DNA of 64,000 bases, taken from positions 64,001 to 128,000 of the forward strand of contig CAWFAK010000009.1 in NCBI GenBank assembly GCA_963813715.1. Reading direction: 5' to 3'. Positions 1-14,130 of this stretch are shown piece by piece. The first letter of the stretch is position 1. Each line of letters opens with the position of its first letter. Both the position numbers and the translations under genes were made by a program. Source of the stretch: an uncultured Planctomycetaceae bacterium. GTDB taxonomy: Bacteria > Planctomycetota > Planctomycetia > Planctomycetales > Planctomycetaceae. The notes beneath the pieces are model-generated. The model was not told the DNA's origin. It ran no database searches and worked only from the letters and a program-made list of their open reading frames with translations.

Positions 1-75
1 CGGCGGATTGCCGGATGCCTGACCGGCAGTCTGAGCTGCCGAGCGGCTGGGCAGTAGGGGCGAAAATCGGCGGTG

Positions 76-104
76 TTGCTGATTTGCAGTCTCCAAGTTA
101 GATT
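76..104 (+). promoter_or_regulatory. Putative sigma70 promoter for the small basic ORF
   Basis: TTGCTG (76-81), 17-nt spacer, TAGATT (99-104); GAGGAG RBS at 137-142 ahead of ATG 154. Confidence 0.5.
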
Positions 105-153
105 GTCGTTCGCCAAAAGCCACCGGGGGAAGCACTGAGGAGACGCGAAGGAC

Positions 154-243
154 ATGGGAGTTAAGAAGAGCGGCAAGGGACGACGGAAACTCGGCCGAAA
201 GAAGCGGCGCAACCGCAGCAAGATCCGACATCGCAAGGGTTAG
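154..243 (+). CDS. 29-aa Lys/Arg-rich peptide, candidate small ribosomal or RNA-binding protein
   Basis: My translation is MGVKKSGKGRRKLGRKKRRNRSKIRHRKG*, with 16/29 K+R and no acidic residue; RBS and promoter upstream; below the ORF-track length cut-off. Confidence 0.75.
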   Translation: MGVKKSGKGRRKLGRKKRRNRSKIRHRKG

Positions 244-563
244 TGCCGCACGCGGCGGCCGGGAGCCGACACGCGTCGGCAGTCTCGGCCCTGCGGGCAC
301 TCGCGCCCGGACGCGGCTGGCAACCCATCTCAGGCTCGCCGCATCGTGCGCGCCCGTCCAATCGCCAATCGCCGCTCGTGCGCTCCGGCCCACCCGTCAC
401 GCGGGCAGCGACACAGTTTTCTCGCACGCTTCGCTCGCCGCGTCTCTCGCCAACATCTTGTGCGGCGTCCACGAAAGCCTTAGCCTAAAACGGCAGAAAC
501 CTCGCAAAGTTCCGTGCCGCAGCCCCTGGCAATCTGCGGTGCCCTCTCCGCGGATCCGATTCG

Positions 564-1723
564 ATGGGCCTGTCGGTTTCCTGCGTCAACTGCCACCGCA
601 CCGTACAGGTCAAAAGCGAGCTGGCAGGCAAGACCGTGCGCTGTCCGCGCTGCGGCTCGCCGGTCAGCGTGCCGGCGGCGGCGCAGGCCGAGGAACCGTC
701 GAACGACCGTCCGAGCCGGTCGGGTGCGACTCCCGCGCCCCCTCGCGACGCAGCAGCCATGAAATGGCCCAGCGCAGTTCGTCGAAAAGCGACGCCGGTC
801 AGCGCATTTCCGGCCGGTCTGACGCCAACCAACGTGTTTCCGGCAAGCGCGACTCAGGCAAGTTCGGCGCCGCCAAGGCCGACAGCGCCGCGCACGATCT
901 GGACGACAACGACGAACCCTACATGCCCCGCCTGAAAAAGCGGCGCGGCCCCAACGTGATCGCGACGGCGTTTGTCGGTGCGTGGGAAAGCCTGGGCGAC
1001 CGGCGGCGGGAGTACGCGGTCGGCCTGGCAATCGTCCTCGCCCTCGTCGCGTTGCAACTCGCGTACGGCGGTTGGTTCAGCAGCACGAAGCCGGCACCGC
1101 CTCCCGTTGGTGCCACAGAAGAAGCGACCGACAACGTCGAGCTGCCTGCCAACAAGGGCCCCGTCCCCGTCGTGATCGTCGACGCTGAGAAGAAAAAGGA
1201 CGAGCCAGACAAAGACGCGGACGCCACGGCGCCGCTCAAGCGCACCAAGCCGGTCGCGGGGCAGGACAGCGTCGGGAAGGACAATGCCGCCAAGGACAGT
1301 GCGACTCGAAAGAACGCCGGCCGAATGATCGGGGGCAATCGGCCGGCCCTCTCGGCATTCGGTGCTCGCCAGGATCCGCAGCGCACCCTGCAGCCACCGG
1401 AACATGCAGGACCCACGCAACAGACCATTCCCACGGTCAAAACCGATCACGCCGGGGCGTATAACGCAGCCTCGCCGCCGGAGGTGGGGGAAGTGGTCGT
1501 CGTGCGTCTCAGAGACGGTCTGCACGTCGCCAAGGTGGCTTCGGTCGACGTCTCCGAGTTGCAATGCGATATCGTCGTGCTCGATGCGGGCGCCTATCAC
1601 AAGCGGGGACAAATCAAAGAAACGAGCCGGACCGACACCGTCCGCTTCGGCCAGATGCGGCCGCCGACGTTCTTGAGGTCCAACCGCAACCTGCCGCCCG
1701 ACTTCGGCCCGCCCGCGATGTAG
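564..1723 (+). CDS. Zinc-ribbon membrane protein (frameshift near 740-760)
   Basis: N-terminal CVNC...CPRC finger in the 564 frame continues in the 458..1723 frame, which has one TM helix (YAVGLAIVLALVALQLAYGGWF) and a small beta-rich C-terminal domain. Confidence 0.65.
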
Positions 1724-1879
1724 TTGTTAGTGCAATCTCGTCCGTGCGAAGTGCTCGGCGCCGATCTTGGCGGTGTGATGTGCATCGGCGCGAGCCCATC
1801 GACACGCGACCCCAGGCGGCACGCGACGTCGGCGGCACGAGCGATACGTTCCGCCCCTGGGGGCCATGGCCCCCCCGCG

Positions 1880-2643
1880 TCATTCGAGGTCGAGCTTCAT
1901 GACCTTCAGGCGCGGATCGAAGAGTGACGGTCCGTGCGTCACGCGGATCTTCTTGCCGGCCGCGGTGACGATCCGCGGCCGTGCCGGATGCGGGCGCCGC
2001 TCTCGAGGATGCCCCGCACGGTGGGATAACAAATATCGAGTAGCTCTTCGCGATCCATGCGCGCCCGCTCGACCTCGATCTCGAGCTGGCCGAAGGCCCA
2101 CATGCCGTTGGTGTAGAAGCGGTGAATGCCTTCGTCGATCGTGTCGGACCGCATGTCGATCCACAAGTTGGGGACGAGCTTCTTGAAGGTCAGCGCGGCC
2201 ACTTGCCGCTGAAACGTGGCCGGCTCGTGCACGAGTCCGCCGTTCTCCCAGAAGATGCCCAGCGTTTCCGCGTGCCGGGCGACGGCCGCCACCAGGTGCG
2301 TGAGGCGGACGTGCTTCTCCTGCATCGTGCCGTGCTCGCCCATCAGCGTGACGACAGCGTGCCGCGGGTGACGGCGGAGGCGGGCCGTCGCCTGAGGCCA
2401 CCACCAGGCGGCCGCGCAGGCGGCCTCGAGTTCATCCCCGAGAATGGGCCCCTTCATCGCGGCGACGACGGCCATGTTGCCGCCGTAGGGAAAAATGATT
2501 TCGGTCTTCGTGAGTTTGACGCTGCCTTCGCTGGGGCAGTCGGGAAAGCGCCGGCTCAAGGTGGCCAGAATTTGTCGCGGCGCGGGGAGCGACGGGGAGG
2601 CCATCGCGATCTTCGCGGAGAGGACCGTCGACCCGTTCGACAT
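1880..2643 (-). CDS. DUF4261-like protein (frameshift near the C-terminus)
   Basis: Motifs GIFW..GGLV, P.LWID and YTNGMWAFGQLEIE; the C-terminus KIRVTHGPSLFD lies in the 1880..2404 frame. Confidence 0.6.
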
Positions 2644-3002
2644 CGCGCTGGTTTCCGGAAACTGGCTGCGACCGGGGAAACAGGAACAACCTTCGCGCCC
2701 ATTCTTCCGCGAGCCCCGGCGAGGCGAAAGTCAGCCGGCAAAAGTTGACCGTGCGGGGACCGTCGCCCCGCCCCAGCCCGCCTTGACACCGCCGGCACGG
2801 GGCGGGATGCTGGAGTTTGGGTCGCGTGCGGATCGAGCTCTGCGCCCGGCCTCCTTGCCTCGTCCTACCCCGATTTTGCCCGCCCTGACGCTGCCTCCAA
2901 AAGCCGGTTGACCGCGGCTGTCACCAGAGCCGCCCGCCGGCTGGTTTTCCGATCGCTTCCCGCCATTCGAAACGACTCGCAGAAATTCGCGGAGATTCGT
3001 CG

Positions 3003-5181
3003 ATGCGCTTTCGCAAGACGGCAATGATTGCCCGGCCGGCGGGAATTGTCGGCTGTTTGCTGGCCCTCTCAGGAATATTGGGGACAGGCGGCCTGCGGAC
3101 TGGCAACGTGCGGGCCGACGACATCAAGCGCGAGCAGATCGAACAGCTGCAGAAAGCCCGGGACGACGCGCGGGCCACTCGCGAGTCACTGGAAAAATCG
3201 CTCAAGCAGGCCGAGGAGAAGGCCCGCACGCTCGGCAAGCTGATCACAAAGTTGAAGGGCGACCTGGAGACGACCAAATCGGCGCTGCATGTGACCGACG
3301 AGGAACTGACCAGGCACGCCGACGCCGTCCGCAAATTCAATGAGGAGCGTGCGCAGGCGCTGGTGAAGGCGGCCGGCGAAGCCAAGGCCAGGCGCGATAC
3401 GGCCGCGGCCCTCGTTAAAGCGGCGCAGGATAAAATTCATGCCGAGCAGGACTCGCTCCTGCACTTGAAGGCCGATCAAACGAAGGCGCAAGCTGCCGCC
3501 GTTGACGCGGAAAAACATCTGAAGGAGCGTCAGACTGCCGCAACCAAGGCCAAGGAAGCCGCCGCTGCTGCCAAAGCGGTCGCCGACGCCGCCGCCAAGA
3601 GAGCAGTCGAGGCCGCGCAAGCCGCCGAGAAAGCGCTCGCCGACGCCAAGAAAACCGAAGAGACGATCACCGCCTCGCACGCGGCCGAAAAATCCGCCGG
3701 CGAAAAGATCGCCGCCAACGCAGAAAATGCTCGCGGGCGACGAAAAGGAAGCGGCCAAGTCGCGGCAGTCGCTGACCGAACTCAGTGCGACCGCCGTCGC
3801 CCGCCAGATCGAAGCCGAAAAATCGCTGATCGCGCTGGGCAAGCTCGAATCGTTCGCCCAAAAGGTCGCGCCGATTCTGGCCAAACGGTGCCTCGCCTGT
3901 CACGACGCGAAAACGGCGAAGGGCCGCTTCAGCATCGAAACGTTCGCCTCGCTGACGCGCGGCGGCGAGTCGGGTCTGGAAATCGTTCCGGGCCAAAGCG
4001 CCAAATCGAACCTGGTGACGCTGATCGAAGACGGCACGATGCCGCAGGACGCCGATCCGCTCACCAAGTCGGAGATTGCTGTGATCCGTCACTGGATCGA
4101 CACGGGGGCCACGCTCGATGCGGGGCTCAATCCGGCTGATCCGCTGATTGCCGATATGCCGAGCCTGCCGCAGCCGTTGCCGCCGAACAACTATCGCGTG
4201 CCGATCCCGGTGACGGCCGTCGCATTCAGCCCGGATGGCGATCAACTGGCGACCTCCGGCTATCACGAAATTCTGGTGTGGAACACGGCCGACGGCACGC
4301 AACTCCGCCGCATCACCAACGTGGCCGAGCGGGTCTATGCGCTGCAATACAGCCCCGACGGCAGGTTGATCGCCGTCGGCGCGGGAACGCCGGCCCAGCT
4401 CGGCGAGGTGAAGCTGTTTAGCGCGGCCACGGGCGATCAGGTCGCCGACCTGGCTCGCACGAGCGATGCCGTGTTCACCGTCGCCTTCAGCCCGGACGGC
4501 AAGCGGCTGGCGACGGGCGGGGCCGACCGCGCGATCCGCGTTTACGACGTGGCGACGCGCAAACAGCAACTGGCGATCGAGGATCATGCCGACTGGGTGA
4601 TGGACCTGGCGTGGCTGCCCGACGGTTCCAAAATCGTCTCAGCCAGCCGCGACAAAACTGCCAAGGTCTTCGACGCCCGCACCGGCGATTCACTGATCAC
4701 GTTCAACGGTCATGCCGAGCCGGTCTTCGGCGTGGCCATCGCGCCGGACGGCGTCACCGCGATCACCAGCGGACGCGACAAACATCTGCGGCGGTGGAAC
4801 ATCGCCGACGGCCGCGAGGTCCAGCGGATCGACGGCTTCGGCGACGACGTGCTCCACGTCAGCGTGACGAAGGACGGCCGCATCTTCAGTTGCAGCGCCG
4901 ATCGGACGGCCCGGCTGCACGCACTCGACGGCAAGCTGCTCAAGACCTTTTCCGGGCATAGCGACTGGGTCTACGCACTGGCCTTCTGCACAGCCACCAA
5001 TCGCCTGGCCACGGGGGCGTTCGACGGCGAAATTCGCATGTGGAACGTCGCCGACGGCAAGAATTTAATCAAATTCGTCGCCGCCCCCGGCTACAAAAAG
5101 CCTCAACTGCGGACAGCCGCCCTCTCGAAGCCGAAGAAAGCCGCCGCTCCGGCGGTGGCTCGCTCGACGGACAAAAAGTAA
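3003..5181 (+). CDS. Secreted coiled-coil + planctomycete cytochrome c + WD40 protein (frameshift ~3727)
   Basis: Signal peptide, Ala/Lys coiled coil, CLACH haem motif with the IRHWIDTGA signature, about 7 WD40 repeats (AFSPDG, GHSDWV). Confidence 0.85.
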
Positions 5182-5356
5182 TCCGAGCGCGCGAATGATC
5201 GCTACCGCACCAGCCCCTCCCCTTGTCCCCCGCCTCGCAGCCCGACATAGTTAGGTTACGGGCAGTGTGAGATGCAGACAGTGTTAAATTGTCGGGCAGT
5301 GTCAGATCGGGCGGAGATCGACGCCAGTCCGGCAATTGCACAATGGGGGTGCCTTA

Positions 5357-6006
5357 TGGCGCGCCGCGCTTTGCTCTTGGGTCTTGGATCGATTCTCGCG
5401 GTGGTTGTGACCAGCGGCGTGCTCGCTGCTGCGGTGACCGTCAAGTCGGGCGTCTTTGAAAAAGTTTCGCCGGACGGCAAGACGATCACCGTGAAGTTCG
5501 GGCACGCCGAGGAGTCGACTGAGCTTTCGGTCGCTGCGAACATCAATGTGCGCTACGACGGCAAGCCCACGGAATTGACGGCGATCAAGCCGGGCATGTC
5601 CGTTACGGTGCAGATCGACGGCAAAGAGGCCCAACTCATCATCGCCCGCGCTGCCCGGGACGAAGAGCCTCGGGTGGCCAAGCCGTCCAAGCCGAAGACG
5701 ACGTCAAAGTCGACGAGCAAAACGGCCCTTGCCCGCAAATCGAAGGCAAACGCGCGCAAATCGAGTAAGGCCTCCAGCAGCAGGCGGGACCCGGGTCCGC
5801 TCGACGACATGCCGGTGGCGACGACTCCCTTGGCATCAATGGGAAGTGCCCCGGGCACCAATGCGAACGGACCAAGCCCGCTCGACTCGATGCCCACTGC
5901 CACGACTCCCCTGGCCGGATCGAGAACCAGCAACGGAAACAGGAACGGACCAAGCCCGTTGGACTCGATGCCCGCGGCAACGACTCCGCTGGCCAGCGGA
6001 AGATAG
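5357..6006 (+). CDS. Secreted hypothetical protein with three C-terminal 26-aa repeats
   Basis: Signal-peptide-like N-terminus, small beta domain (LTAIKPGMSVTV), basic linker, PLDxMPxATTPLA three times. Confidence 0.65.
5791..5994 (+). repeat. 78-bp period coding tandem repeat, three copies
   Basis: The CCGCTCGAC..ATGCC....ACGACTCC.CTGGC core recurs with a 78-nt period. Confidence 0.8.
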
Positions 6007-6056
6007 CCCCGAACAGCCGTTTCCGTCGGCAGCGCTGTTGCCCGCCGTCGGAAGAG

Positions 6057-7043
6057 TCACGCGGTGCGGGTGCCCATCATGTTCACGCCGCTGCCGACGA
6101 GCAGGTCGTGCTCGTAGATCCAGCGATAGACTCGTCCCGATTTTTCCGGCGGCAGTACCACGAGCTTCTCGAACCCTGCCGCCTTGAACCAGTCGCATAG
6201 CTCGGCCACCGTGTGGTGGTGCTGATAGGCCGGCGCGTACCAGTCGAACGTGTCGCAGACGCGATTCTCCCACGCCGGATGGGCGCTGAAGTTCACGATC
6301 TTGTTGAGCGTTTTGTTGACGAGCGGCACGCCGCCGAGCGCGGCCCCCACGCGGCACCAGCGTTCGAGTTTCTCCGGCGGCATCCGCACGCTGCGGCGTC
6401 GCAGCGCGTCGTTGAGCCATTCCTGCCACGCCTGGTTACGGCGATAGAGCCAAACCGCGAACCGTCCGCCGGGCCGCACGAGGCGGGCAACCGAGTCGAA
6501 CACGGCCCGCGTGTCGACGTCGTGGTGCATCACGCCGATGGAAAAAACCGCGTCGAACGATTGCGGCTCAAACGGCAAATGCTTGAGGTCGGCCTGGGCG
6601 AAGGCGACGTTTGGCAGATGGGCACAAAGCGCGGCCGCCTTGTCGACGGCCGTCGTATGGTCGACGCCGCGGACGATGGCCCCGGCCTCGCCGGCTACCT
6701 TCGCATAACGCCCGCCGCCGCAGCCCGCATCGAGCACGCGCAAGCCGGCGAGCGACGCGCGGGTCATGCCGGTTTTCGCCTCGAAGGTCGCGCGGTCCTC
6801 GTCATCGTGGGCCACTTCGTAAGTGTTCCACTGCCGGCCGAAGCTCGCCAGGTGTTCTTGTTCGACGAAGCGGGGAATGCCGCCGACGACCGGAAAGCTT
6901 GCGCCGCAACGGCAGACGAGGCGCTCGCCGCTCGCCGCGCTGTTCCCGTCCCCGCCGAAGGGGCTGCCGCAAATCGGACAGCGCAGCTCGGCGGCTAGCG
7001 TGGGATTCAGCGTGGTCTGTGAGGAGTCAGTCACCGAGGACAT
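6057..7043 (-). CDS. Class I SAM methyltransferase with N-terminal Trm112-like Zn domain
   Basis: LRCPIC...C.CG..FPVVGGIPRF followed by SAM motif I VLDAGCGGG. Confidence 0.85.
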   Translation of the reverse strand: MSSVTDSSQTTLNPTLAAELRCPICGSPFGGDGNSAASGERLVCRCGASFPVVGGIPRFVEQEHLASFGRQWNTYEVAHDDEDRATFEAKTGMTRASLAGLRVLDAGCGGGRYAKVAGEAGAIVRGVDHTTAVDKAAALCAHLPNVAFAQADLKHLPFEPQSFDAVFSIGVMHHDVDTRAVFDSVARLVRPGGRFAVWLYRRNQAWQEWLNDALRRRSVRMPPEKLERWCRVGAALGGVPLVNKTLNKIVNFSAHPAWENRVCDTFDWYAPAYQHHHTVAELCDWFKAAGFEKLVVLPPEKSGRVYRWIYEHDLLVGSGVNMMGTRTA

Positions 7044-7425
7044 CGTTGCAAGAAACCGCCGCGGCGAGGTGTACACTTTGTGCGGACCGTACGGCCGTCG
7101 TCGGATGCAAACGGTCTTGTGCGGCGCGCGGTCGGGGATGCGCAGGTGTGAACCGAATGAACGCCACCAAAAATATCACAAACCCAACGAGGTAGACACA
7201 CAGAAACGCGCGCATCAGCTGGCAGGCAATATTGAGAGATGGATCGTCCAGCGATTTCCACTGGGCACCAAAGAGGAATTTGGCAAACAGCCAGTTGTTG
7301 CGCGGCGAATTGTTCCAGAAGAGCGTCGGTGAACCGATCGATTCATAGGTCGCTGGATGGTCGTTCCGCAGACGACGGAAGAGCCAAGTCACCGCCGCGA
7401 ACCAGACGACGACCATGACGAGCAT
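7027..7425 (-). CDS. Small two-TM membrane protein, possibly UspB-like (boundaries uncertain)
   Basis: Two hydrophobic helices flank LRNDHPATYESIG...FLFGAQWKSLDD; lower GC than neighbouring genes. Confidence 0.55.
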   Translation of the reverse strand: MLVMVVVWFAAVTWLFRRLRNDHPATYESIGSPTLFWNNSPRNNWLFAKFLFGAQWKSLDDPSLNIACQLMRAFLCVYLVGFVIFLVAFIRFTPAHPRPRAAQDRLHPTTAVRSAQSVHLAAAVSCNDVLGD

Positions 7426-7504
7426 GATCGCCCAGGCGGTAATGAAGATTGCCGGAATTTCGTCGATAGGCGTGCCAGCATGGTTCGCCCGCCCTCGAAC
7501 CGCC

Positions 7505-8239
7505 TCAGAACTCGACAGCCATCAGATCTTCGGCCAGCTCGGTCTTGGGGAAGATCTTACGGGCTTTTTCCACGCCAATGGGGTCGGCGTCTGTGCGGCG
7601 CGGGTCGAGATGAATCAGGAAGAGGCGGCCGACTTTGGCGTGGCGGGCCAGCTCCGCGACGGGCGTGGTGTTGCTGTGGCCGGTGGTGGTGGCCGCCTCC
7701 GCCAGCTCGTCCGGGAAGTAGCATTCGTGAATCAGGATATCGACGTCGCGGACGAAATCGGTGTAGGTGCCGTCGACGGTGGTGTCGGTGATGAAGGCCA
7801 GCGAGCGCCCCGGCCAATCGATGCGAAAACCGATCGAGCCGCCTGGATGGCCGAGCGCCCGATGCGACACCGTTCCCTGCCCGCGGATCGACACCTTGTC
7901 CGCCAGCGGCTCGAACACGTAGGGCGGCAGCAGCGGAAAGATGGGCGGGGCGAAGATGTGCTCCTTCACGGCGGCCAAGGTCGGCGGCGTGGCGTGCACC
8001 GTGGCTCGCGACGGCTTGCCCGAGAGGAGGCCCGTCAGCAAAAACGGCAGGCCCACCACGTGGTCCAGATGGGCGTGCGAGAGAAAGATGTCGAGCTCGG
8101 CCGTCTCGAGCCGCCCGATCACGCGAAAGAAACCGGTCCCCGCGTCGAGCACCACTCCGGCTTCCGGCAACAGAATGCACGTCGTGTGGCGGCGCTCGTT
8201 GGGGTAAAAACCCCCCGTCCCCAAAAACTCGACGCGCAT
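7505..8239 (-). CDS. MBL-fold metallo-hydrolase, RNase Z/BN-like
   Basis: FLGTGG, LDAGTG, SHAHLDH, TDT, HEC, GHS and LIH motifs. Confidence 0.85.
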   Translation of the reverse strand: MRVEFLGTGGFYPNERRHTTCILLPEAGVVLDAGTGFFRVIGRLETAELDIFLSHAHLDHVVGLPFLLTGLLSGKPSRATVHATPPTLAAVKEHIFAPPIFPLLPPYVFEPLADKVSIRGQGTVSHRALGHPGGSIGFRIDWPGRSLAFITDTTVDGTYTDFVRDVDILIHECYFPDELAEAATTTGHSNTTPVAELARHAKVGRLFLIHLDPRRTDADPIGVEKARKIFPKTELAEDLMAVEF

Positions 8240-8524
8240 CAAGCCGTCTCCGGCGCCCCAGCCCGGCGACACAGTCCGGGCAAATCACGTGCGGCTCTCT
8301 GCATCATAGGCCAGCCGCCGAAACCCGCAAAGCGGACGGCCCAGCCTGCCCCCTCATCGGCCACTTCTCGCGGAACGCTCTGAAAAAACTGTAATCGGCA
8401 CGGCAAATTCGGGCCGCCTGGCGATTCCCGGCGAGCTAGGCTTCATCTGTGGGTGCCGCGCGCCGGGAGTGGACACAGTCCGTTCGCCGATTCGAGGGCT
8501 GCTGGTTCTTTGCGGAGTGCTTTC

Positions 8525-8794
8525 ATGATTCGCAGGCTGTGTGCGTTGCTGTCAGGCCGTCAATGTCCCCCCGCTTTAATCTTGAGCCTGGCGTTCCTCG
8601 CCGAGCCGTGCCTGGCCATCGCCGACAGCCAGACGAAAAAGCCGCCGCAGAAGCCGACTCCGCCCCCGCAACAGCAGCAGCCGACGACGCCGAGCCACTC
8701 GTCCAGAGGCTACAAGTACCAGTCGCTCGACAAGTATCACCCGCACGCCAAGTCGGGGAGCAAGTCGAAGCGTGGTTCGCACGGCTCGACGTAG
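8525..8794 (+). CDS. Small secreted low-complexity protein
   Basis: Hydrophobic segment followed by a Pro/Gln/Lys/His-rich tail. Confidence 0.4.
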   Translation: MIRRLCALLSGRQCPPALILSLAFLAEPCLAIADSQTKKPPQKPTPPPQQQQPTTPSHSSRGYKYQSLDKYHPHAKSGSKSKRGSHGST

Positions 8795-8842
8795 CCGGCC
8801 AGTTCGTGGGCGGACGCAGGGCGTGCAAGGCGGCAATCGTTG

Positions 8843-13267
<4,425 letters not shown>

Positions 13268-13574
13268 CACGGTACAGAGGGTCAATCACGGGAGAAGGGC
13301 ACGTCCAATCGCGCCGCTCCTTCCTTTATAGCAGGCCGGACCAGGCGCACGGACGGCCGTCTTTTGGGCAACTCTTGTGCCCGCTCGCAATCATTATTTC
13401 GCGAGCGAGCTGGGCTAGACAGCCCTCAGATTACGTTCCACAACGTACGGTGTGACCAGTCCGCAAAGCGGACGCCGGCACGCCAGCTTTGACGATCAGC
13501 AGTGGTGTGCGTGCAGGCCCGACGCCCATTCTAAATCCGAGCGTTTGCGGCGACAAAAATGTGAGAATCATGAC

Positions 13575-13606
13575 TTGACCTTCCATGTAGTTGTATATAC
13601 AAATAC
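13575..13606 (+). promoter_or_regulatory. Sigma70 promoter overlapped by a palindromic operator
   Basis: TTGACC at 13575-80, TACAAA 17 nt downstream; palindrome GTAGTTGTATATACAAATAC at 13587-13606; AGGAGG RBS. Confidence 0.75.
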
Positions 13607-13618
13607 CAGGAGGCGAAA

Positions 13619-14071
13619 ATGGCGGACGACAAGCACAATCGTGACATCGACGTCGTGGCTCGCGACTGTATCGCCTTGCGGGTGCGGATGCTCAATCGCA
13701 TCGTGACCAACATCTACGACGAGGCCCTGCGACCACTGGGACTCAAAGCGAGTCAGTTCAACGTCCTGGTGGCGGCGGCCAAGCTCGGTCTGGCTCGGCC
13801 TCAAAGGGTGTGCGAGATTCTTCAAATGGACGTATCCACGCTGAGTCGCAACGCGGAACGAATGATCGCCAAGGGCTGGCTGGAGGCCGTGCCCGGCGAG
13901 GATGGCCGGATGCAGTCGTTGCGTGTTACGGCGCGTGGTTCTCGCCTCCTTGAGCAGGCCATTCCGGCCTGGGAGCAAGCCCAGCGCCGGGCGAGAGGTC
14001 TCTTGGGCCGGGAGGGAGCGGCACTGCTTGCCAAGACGACGGAGAGACTTGGGAAGCAGGCCGTTTCTTGA
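13619..14071 (+). CDS. MarR family transcriptional regulator
   Basis: C...R...R.VT.IYDEALRPLGL..SQF, winged HTH STLSRN, GWL...EDGR. Confidence 0.92.
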   Translation: MADDKHNRDIDVVARDCIALRVRMLNRIVTNIYDEALRPLGLKASQFNVLVAAAKLGLARPQRVCEILQMDVSTLSRNAERMIAKGWLEAVPGEDGRMQSLRVTARGSRLLEQAIPAWEQAQRRARGLLGREGAALLAKTTERLGKQAVS

Positions 14072-14086
14072 ATTTTTTTCGTCTGA

Positions 14087-14104
14087 TAGTTGCATATACA
14101 ACTA
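14087..14104. promoter_or_regulatory. Second copy of the MarR-type operator
   Basis: TAGTTGCATATACAACTA is a near-perfect palindrome matching the 13587 site. Confidence 0.75.
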
Positions 14105-14130
14105 AATCCTCTTGGAAAGTGAAGTGTGTC

